From a virus, in IMG/VR virus record IMGVR_UViG_3300020029_000091, positions 1 through 6,730 of that record: a DNA stretch of 6,730 nt. The stretch is one strand, 5' to 3'. Position 1 is the first letter of the stretch, and each line of letters opens with the position of its first letter. Below are positions 6,053 through 6,730 of this stretch, one piece after another. The notes beneath the pieces were generated by a model. The model worked only from the letters and a program-made list of their open reading frames with translations, had not been told where the DNA came from and ran no database searches. The translations under genes were made by a program, and so were the position numbers.

Positions 6053-6067
6053 AAAAAAAAAAAAAAA
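6053..6067. repeat. Homopolymer A15.
   Basis: Fifteen consecutive A residues counted at 6053-6067, at the 3' edge of the GC-rich structured segment. Confidence 0.95.
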
Positions 6068-6091
6068 TTGTGAAGAAAAATATGAAAAGAT

Positions 6092-6123
6092 TTTGATGTT
6101 TCAGAAAAATTTTTGAATATTTG
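6092..6123 (+). promoter_or_regulatory. Possible Bacteroidetes-type promoter for 6151..6345 and the Rep gene.
   Basis: TTTG is at 6092-6095 and AATATTTG at 6116-6123, which matches TAnnTTTG at 7 of 8 positions. The spacer is 20 nt, and the ATG at 6151 is 27 nt downstream. Confidence 0.35.
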
Positions 6124-6150
6124 CGTATCACAATTTTAAAATAAACAGAT

Positions 6151-6345
6151 ATGTTATTCAAAGTACTTAAGCATTCGAAGACACAGGATCCTCAACGACC
6201 GATGGAACCTGAAATTTATGTAGTAGAGGAAGCAGAACTGTTACACTTCCTGCATGAAAATGCAAAACCCGGCAGTAATTCTGTTTTGGTTTTTGACGTT
6301 TTCCCGGGAGAAAATCTCTATTTATTAAGTAACGATAAGGATTAA
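6151..6345 (+). CDS. Hypothetical small acidic protein (64 aa), 12 nt upstream of the Rep start.
   Basis: The ORF has an ATG start and a TAA stop, and it is co-oriented and tightly spaced with Rep. I recognise no motif. Its codon usage is less T3-biased than that of the structural genes. Confidence 0.5.
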   Translation: MLFKVLKHSKTQDPQRPMEPEIYVVEEAELLHFLHENAKPGSNSVLVFDVFPGENLYLLSNDKD

Positions 6346-6357
6346 ATTTTACAGGAC

Positions 6358-6730
6358 ATGAACCAACAGGAATTCATACAAAAAGTCTTTTCGATGTGTC
6401 AGCATCAGATACAGACTAAAAATCCATATACTGGTGAGTTGATCATGGTTCCTTGCGGAACATGTCCTGCTTGTCGTTTTAATAAGTCAATTCTTTCTCA
6501 AAATAAAGTTCATGCGCAATCTTTGGTTTCTCGTCATGTATATTTTATCACTCTTACTTATGCCCAGAGATACATTCCGTATTATGAATACGAAATCGAA
6601 GCTTTGGATGCTGATTTTCTTGCGATTACTGCTCATTGTCGCAATCGTAACCCTATGTATAGTACTTATACGTATCGTGGTGCCAAGCATAAGTTGAGAA
6701 TTCGTGGCCTTGCATCACCTAAGGTAGAGA
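6358..6730 (+). CDS. VP4: Replication initiator protein (HUH rolling-circle endonuclease, Microviridae VP4 / gene A-like), N-terminal part. It runs off the window end and continues at base 1. On the circular genome the gene is 6358..6609 + 1..951, giving 400 aa.
   Basis: The ATG is at 6358. The translation is MNQQEFIQKVFSMCQHQIQTKNPYTGELIMVPCGTCPACRFNKS...VYFITLTYAQRY. It has a Cys cluster CGTCPAC and rolling-circle motif I, FITLTY (6544-6561). It is in frame with 1..951: 6610 maps to base 1, and both are in frame 1. Confidence 0.93.
   Translation, partial: MNQQEFIQKVFSMCQHQIQTKNPYTGELIMVPCGTCPACRFNKSILSQNKVHAQSLVSRHVYFITLTYAQRYIPYYEYEIEALDADFLAITAHCRNRNPMYSTYTYRGAKHKLRIRGLASPKVE
6610..6730. 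repeat. Right copy of the 121-nt terminal redundancy (circular-assembly overlap).
   Basis: Identical to 1-121. Confidence 0.97.

Noticed and set aside
5990-6310. 13-nt direct repeat GTTTTCCCGGGAG at 5990-6002 and 6298-6310.
   Set aside because: One exact 13-mer repeat is about what chance predicts in a 6.6-kb sequence (expectation roughly 0.3). The second copy lies inside a coding region and has no symmetric context.
1132-6690. All minus-strand ORFs in the track: 1132..1335, 2125..2418, 2764..3045, 3590..3856, 3835..4026, 3962..4162, 4505..4690, 4709..4951, 5816..6007, 5967..6161 and 6487..6690.
   Set aside because: Nearly all lie antisense to well-supported + strand genes, and 5816..6007 and 5967..6161 lie in the structured segment that has no convincing ORF. 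All are short (61-97 aa), with no motifs and low-complexity or odd composition. Microviridae package the + strand and are known to transcribe all genes in one direction.
6512-6697. + strand ORF of 61 aa, hydrophobic.
   Set aside because: It is in the +1 frame inside the N-terminal part of Rep and partly within the duplicated terminal overlap. It has no support beyond being open.
1-6730. CRISPR arrays, tRNA or rRNA genes, integrase or transposase genes.
   Set aside because: None were found. There is no spaced repeat array and no cloverleaf-compatible sequence. No ORF shows recombinase motifs, and the only HUH enzyme is the phage Rep.

Overview
The window is one complete circular ssDNA phage genome of the family Microviridae. 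It appears linear with a 121-nt terminal redundancy: bases 1-121 are identical to 6610-6730, so the unit length is 6609 nt. All credible genes are on the + strand. They are an HUH rolling-circle replication initiator (VP4-like) that wraps across the window ends (6358..6609 joined to 1..951), two small ORFs, the major capsid protein VP1 (1588..3438), a 150-aa scaffold-like protein, the DNA-pilot/minor capsid protein VP2 (3902..5158), and two small accessory ORFs (5331..5606 and 6151..6345). The VP1 N-terminus, the genome size and two Bacteroidetes-type promoters (TTTG / TAnnTTTG) suggest an Alpavirinae-like, Bacteroidetes-infecting microvirus. This assignment rests on recognition by eye, not a database search. 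The most unusual part is a ~440-nt segment with no convincing ORF (5624-6067). It is richer in G+C and CpG than the rest of the genome and holds five perfect mini-hairpins closed as C-GNA-G (four with GAA loops, one with GTA). It also holds several other perfect stems, two copies of a hairpin followed by CGTAAACATCCT, and it ends in an A15 run. I read it as an ssDNA-level structural module, either a complementary-strand origin (ssi-like) or an acquired non-autonomous element. Other points worth checking are a single in-frame TAA separating Rep from a 131-codon continuation in the same frame, a 21-bp direct repeat plus an 18-bp perfect palindrome upstream of a self-contained small-gene cassette, a dif-like XerD half-site, and the absence of any recognisable lysis gene. 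No homology search or folding program was run. All functional calls rest on motifs read directly from the sequence.
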